This document shows positions 7,940 to 17,063 of a DNA stretch of 43,978 nucleotides, one piece after another. The position numbers were made by a program, and so were the translations under genes. The first letter of the stretch is position 1, and every line of letters begins with the position of its first letter. The stretch spans positions 1 to 43,978 of IMG/VR virus record IMGVR_UViG_3300036778_000070; one strand, 5' to 3'. A model generated the notes under the pieces. The model made no database searches, was not told the origin of the DNA, and was given only the letters and a program-made list of their open reading frames with translations. This DNA is from a virus. Its lineage: Duplodnaviria > Caudoviricetes.

Positions 7940-8053
7940 GGCGGGGCGGCAGCTATCGACACGGCTGGCCGCCCCACTAACCAACCGAGCCTCTCAGGTG
8001 CTAGAAACACCTGAGAGGCCCGTAACGACACCCGGGGTCAACCGGGCGCCGCC
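7940..8053 (+). ncRNA. Candidate structured RNA (three hairpins)
   Basis: Stems at 7943-7975, 7989-8019 (perfect 12 bp) and 8031-8046 in an intergenic gap. Confidence 0.3.
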
Positions 8054-8140
8054 TACCAAGATGATCAGCACGGTGGAGGAAAACCCGAAGATAATCGATG
8101 TCGCATTCCATTTTAAACGCAAACCGGAAGGATATGCGAC

Positions 8141-8500
8141 ATGATTGCGTGGAAAATTCATGGGGTGGGCGCGATCATTTCAGGCATGGGCACCATGTTT
8201 GCGATGGTTAGCACCAGTGATTTTGCCCTCGCAGGAACGGGACTTACGACAATGGGCCTTGCAGGCCTGGCTATTTACGGGATGTACCGACAGAAGAAGA
8301 CTGACGCCGACGTCATAGAAGCGAAAGCATTTGAGGCTTTGTGGAAAACCAAGTGCGAAAAGGCGTTAGCGGATCTTCTCGAATCGCAAGAAAGGGCATC
8401 CCAGTGGGAGAATCTCTACAAGGCAGTCCGCAGACCACCTTCTATCCCTGGTCAAGAGACTTCGGGTGGAAGCGATATGCCGAAATTGGCGCAGCAGTGA
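8141..8500 (+). CDS. Holin-like membrane protein
   Basis: Two N-terminal hydrophobic segments followed by a charged helical tail. Confidence 0.5.
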   Translation: MIAWKIHGVGAIISGMGTMFAMVSTSDFALAGTGLTTMGLAGLAIYGMYRQKKTDADVIEAKAFEALWKTKCEKALADLLESQERASQWENLYKAVRRPPSIPGQETSGGSDMPKLAQQ

Positions 8501-8901
8501 CGCTCATGCTCTTTGGACTGTCGTCACTGATGGCCATCTCCAAGACCATGAGCGCGTACTACGAGCAACACCAAGTCGACCGCTCTGCCCTCCAGCATGT
8601 GGAACGGCTCGAGACTCACATTGAGGCGATACGAGCCCAGGTCGATAAGGCCCCGGTCATCGCGACAACCGCAGTCGTCAAAGCTGTCGAGCCGCAGATT
8701 CAAACGTTGACTGGGCAGAACCATGAATCGGCTTCCGATAGGGCTCACATCAACACCGAGGTCAACGATCTCAAGGCTGATCTCGCTGAGCTGAAGAAGT
8801 CTCAGGATGAGATGGTTAAGTCCTTCAACGGCACCAAGGCCAGCTTCAACGAGGCCAAGAGCATTCTGAAGCAGATCTTGGAAAAGCAGGTGAAGCCATG
8901 A
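8341..8901 (+). CDS. Membrane-anchored coiled-coil protein (spanin-like topology; start uncertain)
   Basis: One TM followed by heptad-rich helices. Confidence 0.45.
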   Translation: MENQVRKGVSGSSRIARKGIPVGESLQGSPQTTFYPWSRDFGWKRYAEIGAAVTLMLFGLSSLMAISKTMSAYYEQHQVDRSALQHVERLETHIEAIRAQVDKAPVIATTAVVKAVEPQIQTLTGQNHESASDRAHINTEVNDLKADLAELKKSQDEMVKSFNGTKASFNEAKSILKQILEKQVKP

Positions 8902-9107
8902 TTAGCCTTAGTGCAGCTGTAACCGTTGTGGTCTACCTGCTCATCGCCGGCCTGGTGTTCTGGCTGCTCTACTGGCTCTTGGGCGTGATTAATCCGCCAG
9001 AGCCGTTCAACAAGATTGCCACTGTTGTTCTGGCGGTGTTGGCTGTGCTTGTGATCATTGGTATCCTTTTGAGCCTCGTCAGTGGGCAGCCGGTGTTTAG
9101 AGCATGA
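8898..9107 (+). CDS. Two-TM holin-like membrane protein
   Basis: 69 aa, two TMs joined by an INPPEPF loop. Confidence 0.6.
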   Translation: MISLSAAVTVVVYLLIAGLVFWLLYWLLGVINPPEPFNKIATVVLAVLAVLVIIGILLSLVSGQPVFRA

Positions 9108-9262
9108 TCAACGTCAACGAGCGGCCACAGCTTCCAGTGGAAGTTGAGGCGCAGCACATTAGAGCCATGCGTCAAATGCTGATCGAGCAGGCTGAAGCGA
9201 TAGCCAAGCTCGCTGACGAACTACTTCGGATTGTCACTGCTGACCAGAAAACCAGTATTTAG
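9104..9262 (+). CDS. Small hypothetical protein
   Basis: Hand-translated MINVNERPQLPVEVEAQHIRAMRQMLIEQAE...; ATGA overlap. Confidence 0.5.
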   Translation: MINVNERPQLPVEVEAQHIRAMRQMLIEQAEAIAKLADELLRIVTADQKTSI

Positions 9263-9265
9263 GGC

Positions 9266-9382
9266 ATGAATACCAAGGATTTATCCCCTACGGCTGAGCG
9301 GCTATTCAACATCCTGACGGTGGTGATTCTGGTGTGCGTGGGGGTGGGAGCGGTGGTGGAATTATTGAGGGCAATACTATGA
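9266..9382 (+). CDS. Small single-TM protein
   Basis: MNTKDLSPTAERLFNILTVVILVCVGVGAVVELLRAIL; its stop overlaps the next ATG. Confidence 0.45.
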   Translation: MNTKDLSPTAERLFNILTVVILVCVGVGAVVELLRAIL

Positions 9383-9582
9383 CAATGGAAGAAGCATCCG
9401 CCTTTCTGGCTGAAGCAAGCGCCGAATTTGCACAGGCGTCAGCGGCTATGAAAAAAGCTGTCGACGCAGATGCGACGGCAAAAGAGGCGTTGGACGATGC
9501 TACGAAGGTTTACAACAACGCCAAGGATCGGGTGACCGAGGCTGTATCGAACATGCACCTGAGCGCGGCAAGGCCGGGGTGA
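9379..9582 (+). CDS. Small coiled-coil protein
   Basis: Ala-rich helical ORF with an ATGA overlap. Confidence 0.55.
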   Translation: MTMEEASAFLAEASAEFAQASAAMKKAVDADATAKEALDDATKVYNNAKDRVTEAVSNMHLSAARPG

Positions 9583-9586
9583 GTAA

Positions 9587-10072
9587 GTGGGTAACGTCGG
9601 ATCAATTTCCGAAAATCCGACCGACAAAAAACGTCGCGGACGACCACGAAAAGATGAGCTTTACGGTGGTCATATCCGGGCGGCGGAAGATCAGATTGCG
9701 AATCAGCTTCCGCGATTTATCGACAATCTCATGCGGCTTGCGGATGGCGTGACAGTTCAAGAGGAAGATGCTAACGGCCAAGTACGGATCTATTCTCGCC
9801 CACCGGACCGCGCCAGCAACGAATATCTCGTCAATCGAATCATGGGCAAGCCAACCGAAACGCGAGAGATTAGTGGCCCAGACGGCGAAGCCATCCCGAT
9901 CAGCGGAATCAGCGAAGACCTCACGCTAGCACTCAAAGCATTCGGCTATGTCGGACCTGGAGAGATTGTGGGCACGGCAGAGCCCAGCACACTTTGCAAC
10001 ACTGGCGAGCAAGGGTCAGTGGCGGATAGCGGGAGCCAGACACCTCCAGCTCCTGAACGGGAAGCTACTTGA
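9587..10072 (+). CDS. terS: Terminase small subunit
   Basis: RGRPRK, 'YLVNRIMGKP' and 'EISGPDGEAI' motifs; directly upstream of terL. Confidence 0.7.
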   Translation: MGNVGSISENPTDKKRRGRPRKDELYGGHIRAAEDQIANQLPRFIDNLMRLADGVTVQEEDANGQVRIYSRPPDRASNEYLVNRIMGKPTETREISGPDGEAIPISGISEDLTLALKAFGYVGPGEIVGTAEPSTLCNTGEQGSVADSGSQTPPAPEREAT

Positions 10073-11474
10073 CGTTGCATATGGACGCTGTCCACGACTC
10101 ATCATCACGATGCCACCTAGACATGGCAAAAGTGAATTCACCTCGAAATATACGCCAGCGTGGTTCATCGGCCTCTGGCCGCACAAGCGGGTTATCCTCG
10201 CAAGCTACGCGGCAGAATTCGCTTCCGAGTGGGGAGGCAAAGCCAGAGACCTGCTCGAGCAGTGCGGGGAACGGCTCTTTGATATCAGGGTCAAACACAA
10301 CAGCAAAGCGGCAGACCGATGGGTTGTCGATCCTCATGGCGGCGGAATGCAAACGTGCGGCGTTGGTGGTCCGCTCACTGGCAAGGGTGCCGAACTTCTC
10401 ATTGTCGACGATCCGGTTAAGAATGCTGAAGAAGCGAATAGCGAAGTCTACCGCAAGAAGACTTGGGAGTGGTTCACATCCACGGCCTATACCCGACTTG
10501 AGCCTGGCGGGGCTTGCATTATCATCCAGACCCGCTGGCACGAAGATGACCTCACGGGAAGAGTCTTAGCCCATGCAAAAGAGACTGGAGACAAGTGGGA
10601 CATCATCAACCTGCCAGCCATCGCAGAGCCTGGTGATGCCCTCGGACGTGCACCTGGTGAGCCCCTCTGGCCTGAGCGTTATGACCTCAACGCTTTGCAT
10701 GAGCGAAAGCGGTTCCTTGGGTCATACCAGTTTTCAGCACTCTACCAGCAGTCCCCTGTCCCACCGGAGGGTGGACTCTTTAAGAAGTCTTGGTTCCGTT
10801 ATTACACCAACGACAATGGGCTTTATCGTCTCGGGTCTGGTGGGGGAACAGTTCGAGTTGACCATTGCCGACGCTTCGGGATCATGGACCTCGCGTTCTC
10901 ACTCAAGAAGGAAGCTGACTACACCGTCATCATCGGATGGGCAGTGACCCCGCGGTGTGAATTGCTTTTGCTCGACATGACCAGAGCCAGAATGGATGCA
11001 CCTGAGTTCCCCAAGGTCATCAAGCGGATGATCGAAGGGTTAGACCTCGCATACCTCGGTATCGAGAAGATGTTGGGCGCTTCCATGGTCGCTCATGGTG
11101 TGCGGATGGACGGCTTCTCAATCAGGATGTTGCCGGCAGATACCGACAAGGTGACACGGGCGTTACCTGCTGCTGTGCGTTTTGAAGCCGGGCAGGTTTA
11201 CATTCCATTGCACCATCCAGAGCGTGAGACGATCGAGCATGAGCTACTGACTTTCCCGCACGGTGCCCATGATGACATCGTGGACTGCTTTAGCTATGCG
11301 GCCGTTGATGTGCAGCGGTATGGTGGCCCAGCAAGGCCGCAAGAAGATATCGACGCAGAGCGTGAGGCTGACAAGATTGCTGGTCTAGCTAGCCGCGAAG
11401 AGATAGAGCAGTTAGCCCGTAACGATCCATTCGACGATCGCCTATTTGGAGGGAGTTTTGACAATGATGGTTAG
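9948..11474 (+). CDS. terL: Terminase large subunit
   Basis: Walker A MPPRHGKS, Walker B LLIVDDP, QTRWHEDDL and C-terminal nuclease motif FPHGAHDDIVD. Confidence 0.95.
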   Translation: MSDLERLWARQSPAHFATLASKGQWRIAGARHLQLLNGKLLDVAYGRCPRLIITMPPRHGKSEFTSKYTPAWFIGLWPHKRVILASYAAEFASEWGGKARDLLEQCGERLFDIRVKHNSKAADRWVVDPHGGGMQTCGVGGPLTGKGAELLIVDDPVKNAEEANSEVYRKKTWEWFTSTAYTRLEPGGACIIIQTRWHEDDLTGRVLAHAKETGDKWDIINLPAIAEPGDALGRAPGEPLWPERYDLNALHERKRFLGSYQFSALYQQSPVPPEGGLFKKSWFRYYTNDNGLYRLGSGGGTVRVDHCRRFGIMDLAFSLKKEADYTVIIGWAVTPRCELLLLDMTRARMDAPEFPKVIKRMIEGLDLAYLGIEKMLGASMVAHGVRMDGFSIRMLPADTDKVTRALPAAVRFEAGQVYIPLHHPERETIEHELLTFPHGAHDDIVDCFSYAAVDVQRYGGPARPQEDIDAEREADKIAGLASREEIEQLARNDPFDDRLFGGSFDNDG

Positions 11475-11718
11475 TCGTGGTGGTACATGTGCGGAAAGCG
11501 GATGGTCACATCCTAAGAAAGAGTTGGTGTCATTTAGCACGCTTATTACCAGCTTGGTTGGGGCCACAGTAGAAGACGTGCAACGAGTGGATAGTGACGA
11601 AGGAGTTAAGCTAGTATTTTCTAATGGATGCATTTTGGATGTTGGTTATTCATCCATGTACGGTGATGCAACACTGAACGGTGAGCACGTGGAAGTAGAG
11701 GGACGGCCGCGTGATTAG
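11446..11718 (+). CDS. Hypothetical protein
   Basis: ORF between terL and portal; start uncertain. Confidence 0.45.
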   Translation: MEGVLTMMVSRGGTCAESGWSHPKKELVSFSTLITSLVGATVEDVQRVDSDEGVKLVFSNGCILDVGYSSMYGDATLNGEHVEVEGRPRD

Positions 11719-11802
11719 TTGGAAGTTCAGCACAATTTGTTGGTATGTCTGCGAAGGCATGTATCCCGATGTGCCATTCTTTGAGATGCACTCTACCCGC
11801 GA

Positions 11803-12102
11803 ATGGGAACGGGCTCAGTGGACGCCACGCCAAACTCCTTTCGTGGTGATAGTGTGACTAACTGCCCTTCCTGCAATCTCCCTGTTCAGGTCAGCACGCG
11901 CATCGTCGAAGGCTATCCAGTCTACGCATGCCGTTCATGCCGTTCATGGTGGGTCGAGGGCCATCCCGATCCTATTCCGCCCGGGCCAGATTTGGCTAAG
12001 GCAATCCGGTTGATTGTGGGGATTACGGAAGGGAAGAAAGCGGCTTACCAGCAGATGATGGAATCAGACATCTCCGATCCAAGGTGGACCCAATTAGCAT
12101 GA
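11803..12102 (+). CDS. Zinc-ribbon hypothetical protein
   Basis: CPSC...CRSC; start uncertain. Confidence 0.5.
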   Translation: MGTGSVDATPNSFRGDSVTNCPSCNLPVQVSTRIVEGYPVYACRSCRSWWVEGHPDPIPPGPDLAKAIRLIVGITEGKKAAYQQMMESDISDPRWTQLA

Positions 12103-12299
12103 TGACCGAAGAACAGAAAGAATTGAACGATCGCCGATGGAATGAGCTTATGGCTGCTGCTCAAGCATGGATAGACGTCGAGATCTTTTCTTCTAGTGGC
12201 CAGCGGCTATACAAGCGGGTTGATACCGATGTCTTTATATCGGCGTTTCCTCCTGCGTATTACGAGAAAGACCGCAAAGGCGGATCGCCGGTTAACTAA
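12084..12299 (+). CDS. Hypothetical protein
   Basis: Abuts the portal start. Confidence 0.5.
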   Translation: MDPISMMTEEQKELNDRRWNELMAAAQAWIDVEIFSSSGQRLYKRVDTDVFISAFPPAYYEKDRKGGSPVN

Positions 12300-13865
12300 T
12301 TGCCATTCTTCGACCGCTTACAAGAGGACATGGGCAAACGCTACCCCAAACAGGTTGCGCCCAAAGATGGCCCGAAGCCACCAGGCCGGTTTAGCTTTGG
12401 CACGCAAACATTAGGCGGCCCCTATCGGACAGACGCATTTGGAGCCCGGCCAGCTCCTAGTTTTCTTGGATTAATCGAGAGATATCATGCCCTTATTTAC
12501 GCCATGGTCGGACGATCCCGCGACGGTGTCACCCGAGTCCCCTTGCGACTTATGGCTGACGGAAGTCGTGTCCAAGGGAAACCCAATAGAGCTTGTGATC
12601 CCATTAGAACGTCTCGAAGCACTGGCCGAAGACTGGCTAGGAATGGGTCAATTTCAGCGTCAGCAGTGGATCAAGTGTATGAAATCCGCCAACATCCACT
12701 CCTTGATGTGCTCGATGAGCCCGACCCTTACGGAAACTTCAACCGAAAAAAGCTGCTCGGGCTGATGGTGGCCTTCCAGGATGTTGTCGGCTCAGGCTTC
12801 CTTGTGCCCGAAGGTAGGGGATGGGACTGGCGGAATCCGGGCAAGGGGGCAAAAGGACCTCCAGAAAACCTATGGGTAATTTATCCTCAGTACGCTATAC
12901 CGATTCGTACGACCAACTCTCCCCAGGTGGACCACTTTCAATACTTCGCCGATTGGATCCCGTTCGAGTCGGTCATGTGGTTTCGGCGCAACGTTTCGTT
13001 GAGAGACGCTTACGGCGCTACCTTTTCACCGACCTACGCAAGCGAGCCATATCGCCAACAGGAGCAGGAACTGGTCGCTATCTTGTCCCAAGTGCTGGGT
13101 ATTGGACCAAGACCCAACCTGATGATGACAGCCAAGGACGCGATGATCGGGATCAACCCAACCCAGCGGCAAGCTCTTGAGCAGCAGATGGTAAGTAAGC
13201 ACGCGGCCTATGGGGCTGGCGGTGTCTTGGTCAATGATGGCGCATGGGATGTAACGCCGATCGATTACCCAAAGGCAGACATTGCCGCAAGGGACATAGC
13301 TCAACATGATCGCGATAACATGGCAAGTATCTTCGGCATGCCTCCCACCTACTTCACCGTTGACTCAAACTTGGCGAACCTCCAAGCAGCTGACGTGCAA
13401 TTTGCCCGCGCTAACACTGAGCCCAGGTGCGAAGAAATCGCAGCCCAGTTCACCCGTCTTGCTCGTATGTGCGATCCCCGCTTGTTCTTTGCGTTTGATC
13501 CGGTTGTCCAGGAAGACGAAGTAGCCAATATGACCTGTGTTCAGATGCGACTGGACGCAGGTCTAACCACCCCCAATCAAGAGAACGAAGAGGGTAAATG
13601 GCCAGCGTTCCCCGAAGGCGATGAACACTGGATTCCTGGCACCAAGAAGACGATGAGCATGATTCTGGCTGAAGCCCAACAAGCTCAAGAGCAGCATGAG
13701 ATGGGCCTCGAGCAAGGTGAGGCGAGCATGGAAAACGAGGCCATGCAAACTGACGCCACCTACGGCGAAGATATGGCGCCGGAAGATAAAGGCAGCGAAG
13801 AGGAGCGGTCGTTGATTGCTCGGGCGAGATGGCTGGCCGATCAGATTGAGAGGAGAAGCGCGTAA
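12300..13865 (+). CDS. Portal protein (HK97-like)
   Basis: HPLLDVLDEPDPY, 'ASIFGMPP' and 'GLTTPNQ' portal motifs; position after terL. Confidence 0.9.
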   Translation: MPFFDRLQEDMGKRYPKQVAPKDGPKPPGRFSFGTQTLGGPYRTDAFGARPAPSFLGLIERYHALIYAMVGRSRDGVTRVPLRLMADGSRVQGKPNRACDPIRTSRSTGRRLARNGSISASAVDQVYEIRQHPLLDVLDEPDPYGNFNRKKLLGLMVAFQDVVGSGFLVPEGRGWDWRNPGKGAKGPPENLWVIYPQYAIPIRTTNSPQVDHFQYFADWIPFESVMWFRRNVSLRDAYGATFSPTYASEPYRQQEQELVAILSQVLGIGPRPNLMMTAKDAMIGINPTQRQALEQQMVSKHAAYGAGGVLVNDGAWDVTPIDYPKADIAARDIAQHDRDNMASIFGMPPTYFTVDSNLANLQAADVQFARANTEPRCEEIAAQFTRLARMCDPRLFFAFDPVVQEDEVANMTCVQMRLDAGLTTPNQENEEGKWPAFPEGDEHWIPGTKKTMSMILAEAQQAQEQHEMGLEQGEASMENEAMQTDATYGEDMAPEDKGSEEERSLIARARWLADQIERRSA

Positions 13866-14311
13866 TGGCTGAAGACCAATCTATGCGACCCGCAACGGGC
13901 ACTATCAGGGTTTATCCAGCGGGTCATCCGGAACAAGCGAGAGATTTTCCGGTTGATCAACTTCCTCTGGAATTTGTAGAAGCTTACAACAATCATAAAC
14001 CCGAACATTGGCCGGTTGCCTCTGCGGGATCCGATCAACCCAATCGGTCAACCGATTATTTGGTTGACAATGAAATTATCGATCCTGAGTGGGTCGATAA
14101 AAAGCTGGCTGAATCAATAGAATGGCTTAATGACTTCATCAAGGAACATGAAGCGAAGCCGCCAGCCGTGACCTACGCCCAGATACAGAGCGAGACTGCT
14201 CACACGGTTATCGGCGCCCCAACGGGTGACGCGATCGTTAAAGAATGGTCTGGGGCGCCTGGGTGGCTGCCCGACGAACCCAAGCCTATCAGGTTCCGCG
14301 AATTCCTTTGA
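13865..14311 (+). CDS. Hypothetical protein ending in IRFREFL
   Basis: Coupled to the portal gene (TAATG) with an AGGAG SD. Confidence 0.65.
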   Translation: MAEDQSMRPATGTIRVYPAGHPEQARDFPVDQLPLEFVEAYNNHKPEHWPVASAGSDQPNRSTDYLVDNEIIDPEWVDKKLAESIEWLNDFIKEHEAKPPAVTYAQIQSETAHTVIGAPTGDAIVKEWSGAPGWLPDEPKPIRFREFL

Positions 14312-16566
14312 TTGGCACCCTTGACGAACTCCGAACAACCGTGCGGCATCTCGAAGAGGTGTACCGCGCAGGACATGGCAACCCCAACCACAAGGGCTCA
14401 GGTCCAGGCGGTGGCCAGTTCGCCAGTGGCCCAGGTGGCGGGGGAGCGGCCAGTAAACCTCATGGTAAGCACTGGGCTAAGCGGCAGAGACGCAAGGCCA
14501 AGAAGCTAGTCAAGCTTCGCAAAGAGGGGCACGAGAAGTTCGGCAAGCTCCGGGAGAAACACAGAGCAGAGCGCAAGAGCCTCAGAGAGAAGCACCGGGA
14601 GGGGGGTGATAAATCTACTCAGCAGCGAGAGCGGCAGAGCCAGAGAGAAGCCCACCGCAGCGAACGGCAAGCCGCGCTCAAAGAGCATATGGCCAAGGTC
14701 CACAGCGAGGTTAAGCCAGCCAATCCAGCCAACCCAAAGGTAAAGGACCTCAGGGAAACGCAGGCAAGGGCAACCCGCAACGTCGACAAGATGATTGAGA
14801 AAGACAGAAATGGCTATCGCAACGCAGCTACTAAGCGTCACGCAGAACAGAAGAAAGAGCGAACAGAGTTGCGGCAGTGGTCCAAGGATGAACGGACAGC
14901 GATTCGCAAAGATCACAACGAGCGTGATCAGGCTATCCGTGCAGACGCCTCGAACGAATGGCAGTCTGAACGTGAGTACCTGAGAAAAGAGCATGCTGAC
15001 CGCGAGATAACGACAGAGCAGTATCGGGCCAAAACCAAAGAGTGGCATGCTGACCGGGTGGAGCGCACTCGCAAGGAACTCTCCGAGAACCGGAAGCAGT
15101 ACGGCGAAGAAATCACGGATCACAAAGAAGAATTTCAGGACGCATGGGCCAAGATGGAAAGAGCCCACGCCCGTGACGAACGGTCCTGGGCACGTTCAGA
15201 GAAGAACGCAATCAAGAGCTTCAAGGATATGCGGCGGGATGTGCTGGCCGAATATCGAGATAAGCTCAAAGGTGAACCGAAAGGGGAGGCGGCACGTGGA
15301 ATACTGGGAGGGGTGGAATCCATCTACGCCATACGCACTGGAGATACAGGCGAAAGAAGCGGCGGTACGGCGACGATGGTTTCGCAACGCTTGGGCGCAG
15401 GCCGTATTCACAAAGCCAGCTCAGCCGAGAGCATCCTCAAGCACTGCCTCAGATTCCGCGGCTGGTCCCGACAATGGCGAGATGGCGGATTGACCGGCCG
15501 GCAGCACCTGCAGCTCTTGGAGGACGTCAGACGGTACGCACGGGCGTGGTTGCGGCATGAGGCGGAAGGGTTTTGGAGGCAGTATGGGAGAACTAGCGTA
15601 TCCCAATATGCGGGACGAAGTATGGGTGTTGGATCTTGCTCAACCGATGAGTCGCCGGGAGATGATGCAAGAGATCGAGAACTTTCTGGACGAACATTGG
15701 GACGGGAAAGTTCGGATTGGATTGCTCGTTCCCTGGGTTCCGCTATCGCCTCCCACCTTGGTCGGTTCTTCGCCCGAGCCAAGCAGTTTATCCGAGAAAG
15801 CATTCTCGCCGGAGTGATGGCCCTGCGCGGCCCAGATGAACTGACAGCAGACGAAGTCCATGCTGTCGACGTACAGGTCAAAGCCCAAGAAGAATACCTC
15901 GATCGATTTCATCGGGAAGTGGTGGCTAATCCGCCACAGGAGATTGTCGAGCCCAGTATATTTCAGGTCACTACCGAGCCGGCGACAATGACACCGGGGC
16001 AGTTTATTGCCAGAGCAGAGCTTTACGGAAACTCGGTTTGGACTGGGGGTCAAAACGTAGCTCGGGCGATCATGGCTCAAGCTCTCGTGTTTGGCTCAGA
16101 GAGGCGGGTGCATAAAAAGGCCCCAGGGCACCACGAATGTAATACATGCATTAAGCAAACCCTTTTGGGTTGGCAAGAAATGGGAGTACTAAGGGAGATT
16201 GGGGACTCGGAATGCATGGGGAATTGCGATTGCTATTTTGAGTGGCAAGATTCGCATGGCAATATTTTTGTAGCTCCCCAAGGCAGACATAATCCGAAAG
16301 GGTTCAATACGACCGGCAAGCGGCTTCCGGGGTGGGCGGTTGATAAGGATGAAACAATCGACTTGGTTGCTGAGCCTCCCAAGCAGCCATTGCCTCCACC
16401 AAACGACGAACATGGTGGATCGCTGATACCAGGCGAGAAAGAGAAAGGCGGCAATCCTCCCGAGCCACCCAAGAAGGGTTGGAAAGACGCGAAGGGCAAG
16501 CTAACCGGACTTGAACTTGGGCCTATTACCCCGCCAGAAACGCCGGAAGGATACGAGCGGCTCTAG
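14308..16566 (+). CDS. MuF-like head morphogenesis protein with a long charged helical region
   Basis: N-terminal NPNH...GGQFAS motif and C-terminal ECNTC...GW...IG.SECMGNCDC Cys cluster; TTG start overlaps the upstream TGA. Confidence 0.65.
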   Translation: MIGTLDELRTTVRHLEEVYRAGHGNPNHKGSGPGGGQFASGPGGGGAASKPHGKHWAKRQRRKAKKLVKLRKEGHEKFGKLREKHRAERKSLREKHREGGDKSTQQRERQSQREAHRSERQAALKEHMAKVHSEVKPANPANPKVKDLRETQARATRNVDKMIEKDRNGYRNAATKRHAEQKKERTELRQWSKDERTAIRKDHNERDQAIRADASNEWQSEREYLRKEHADREITTEQYRAKTKEWHADRVERTRKELSENRKQYGEEITDHKEEFQDAWAKMERAHARDERSWARSEKNAIKSFKDMRRDVLAEYRDKLKGEPKGEAARGILGGVESIYAIRTGDTGERSGGTATMVSQRLGAGRIHKASSAESILKHCLRFRGWSRQWRDGGLTGRQHLQLLEDVRRYARAWLRHEAEGFWRQYGRTSVSQYAGRSMGVGSCSTDESPGDDARDRELSGRTLGRESSDWIARSLGSAIASHLGRFFARAKQFIRESILAGVMALRGPDELTADEVHAVDVQVKAQEEYLDRFHREVVANPPQEIVEPSIFQVTTEPATMTPGQFIARAELYGNSVWTGGQNVARAIMAQALVFGSERRVHKKAPGHHECNTCIKQTLLGWQEMGVLREIGDSECMGNCDCYFEWQDSHGNIFVAPQGRHNPKGFNTTGKRLPGWAVDKDETIDLVAEPPKQPLPPPNDEHGGSLIPGEKEKGGNPPEPPKKGWKDAKGKLTGLELGPITPPETPEGYERL
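15296..15493 (+). CDS. Nested +1-frame small ORF inside the MuF-like gene
   Basis: AAGGGGAGG SD before GTG; MEYWEGWNPSTPYALEIQAKEAAVRRRWF... Confidence 0.35.
   Translation: MEYWEGWNPSTPYALEIQAKEAAVRRRWFRNAWAQAVFTKPAQPRASSSTASDSAAGPDNGEMAD
15584..15817 (+). CDS. Nested +1-frame small ORF inside the MuF-like gene
   Basis: GGAGG SD before ATG; MGELAYPNMRDEVWVLDLAQPMSRREMMQEIENFLDEHWDGKVRIGLLVPW... Confidence 0.4.
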   Translation: MGELAYPNMRDEVWVLDLAQPMSRREMMQEIENFLDEHWDGKVRIGLLVPWVPLSPPTLVGSSPEPSSLSEKAFSPE

Positions 16567-17063
16567 TGGCTCTCGGCTCATTCTCACAATCGTTCAGTGA
16601 TGCTGTGCACGCCAGTATCACCAAGCAGATGCGTCAGTTCGGCACAGTCATCGTTGATAAAGCTGTGCAATTAGCGCCAAAGAGAACGGGCGCGCTCGCA
16701 ACGTCTATCCACTACGAATACAATGAGCAAACCTACGCGCTGGCCATCCTGGTAGGTGTGCCGTATGGCATCTTCCAAGAATATGGCACGCGCAATATGC
16801 ACGCCCATCCGTATATTCGGCCAGCCTTAAACCAGGTGGCTCCGATCTATGGAATCGACGTGCATATGGGATTCAACACGCCTGAGTATGCGAATCCAGT
16901 GTTGGCGCAGGGGCCAACATTTGATGTGCCAAAGACGCTAACACACAAGCAGCGCGAGCACATCAGGCAAAACCTGAAGCCGATCTCGGAGCATCACTTT
17001 AATCATCGCAGTGGCAACGTTCGTCACGCCACGCTGCACGCACGTCATAGGAGATCGCACTAA
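16566..17063 (+). CDS. HK97 gp10-like morphogenesis protein
   Basis: APKRTGALATSI and YGIFQEYGTRNMHAHPYIRPA signatures. Confidence 0.8.
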   Translation: MALGSFSQSFSDAVHASITKQMRQFGTVIVDKAVQLAPKRTGALATSIHYEYNEQTYALAILVGVPYGIFQEYGTRNMHAHPYIRPALNQVAPIYGIDVHMGFNTPEYANPVLAQGPTFDVPKTLTHKQREHIRQNLKPISEHHFNHRSGNVRHATLHARHRRSH

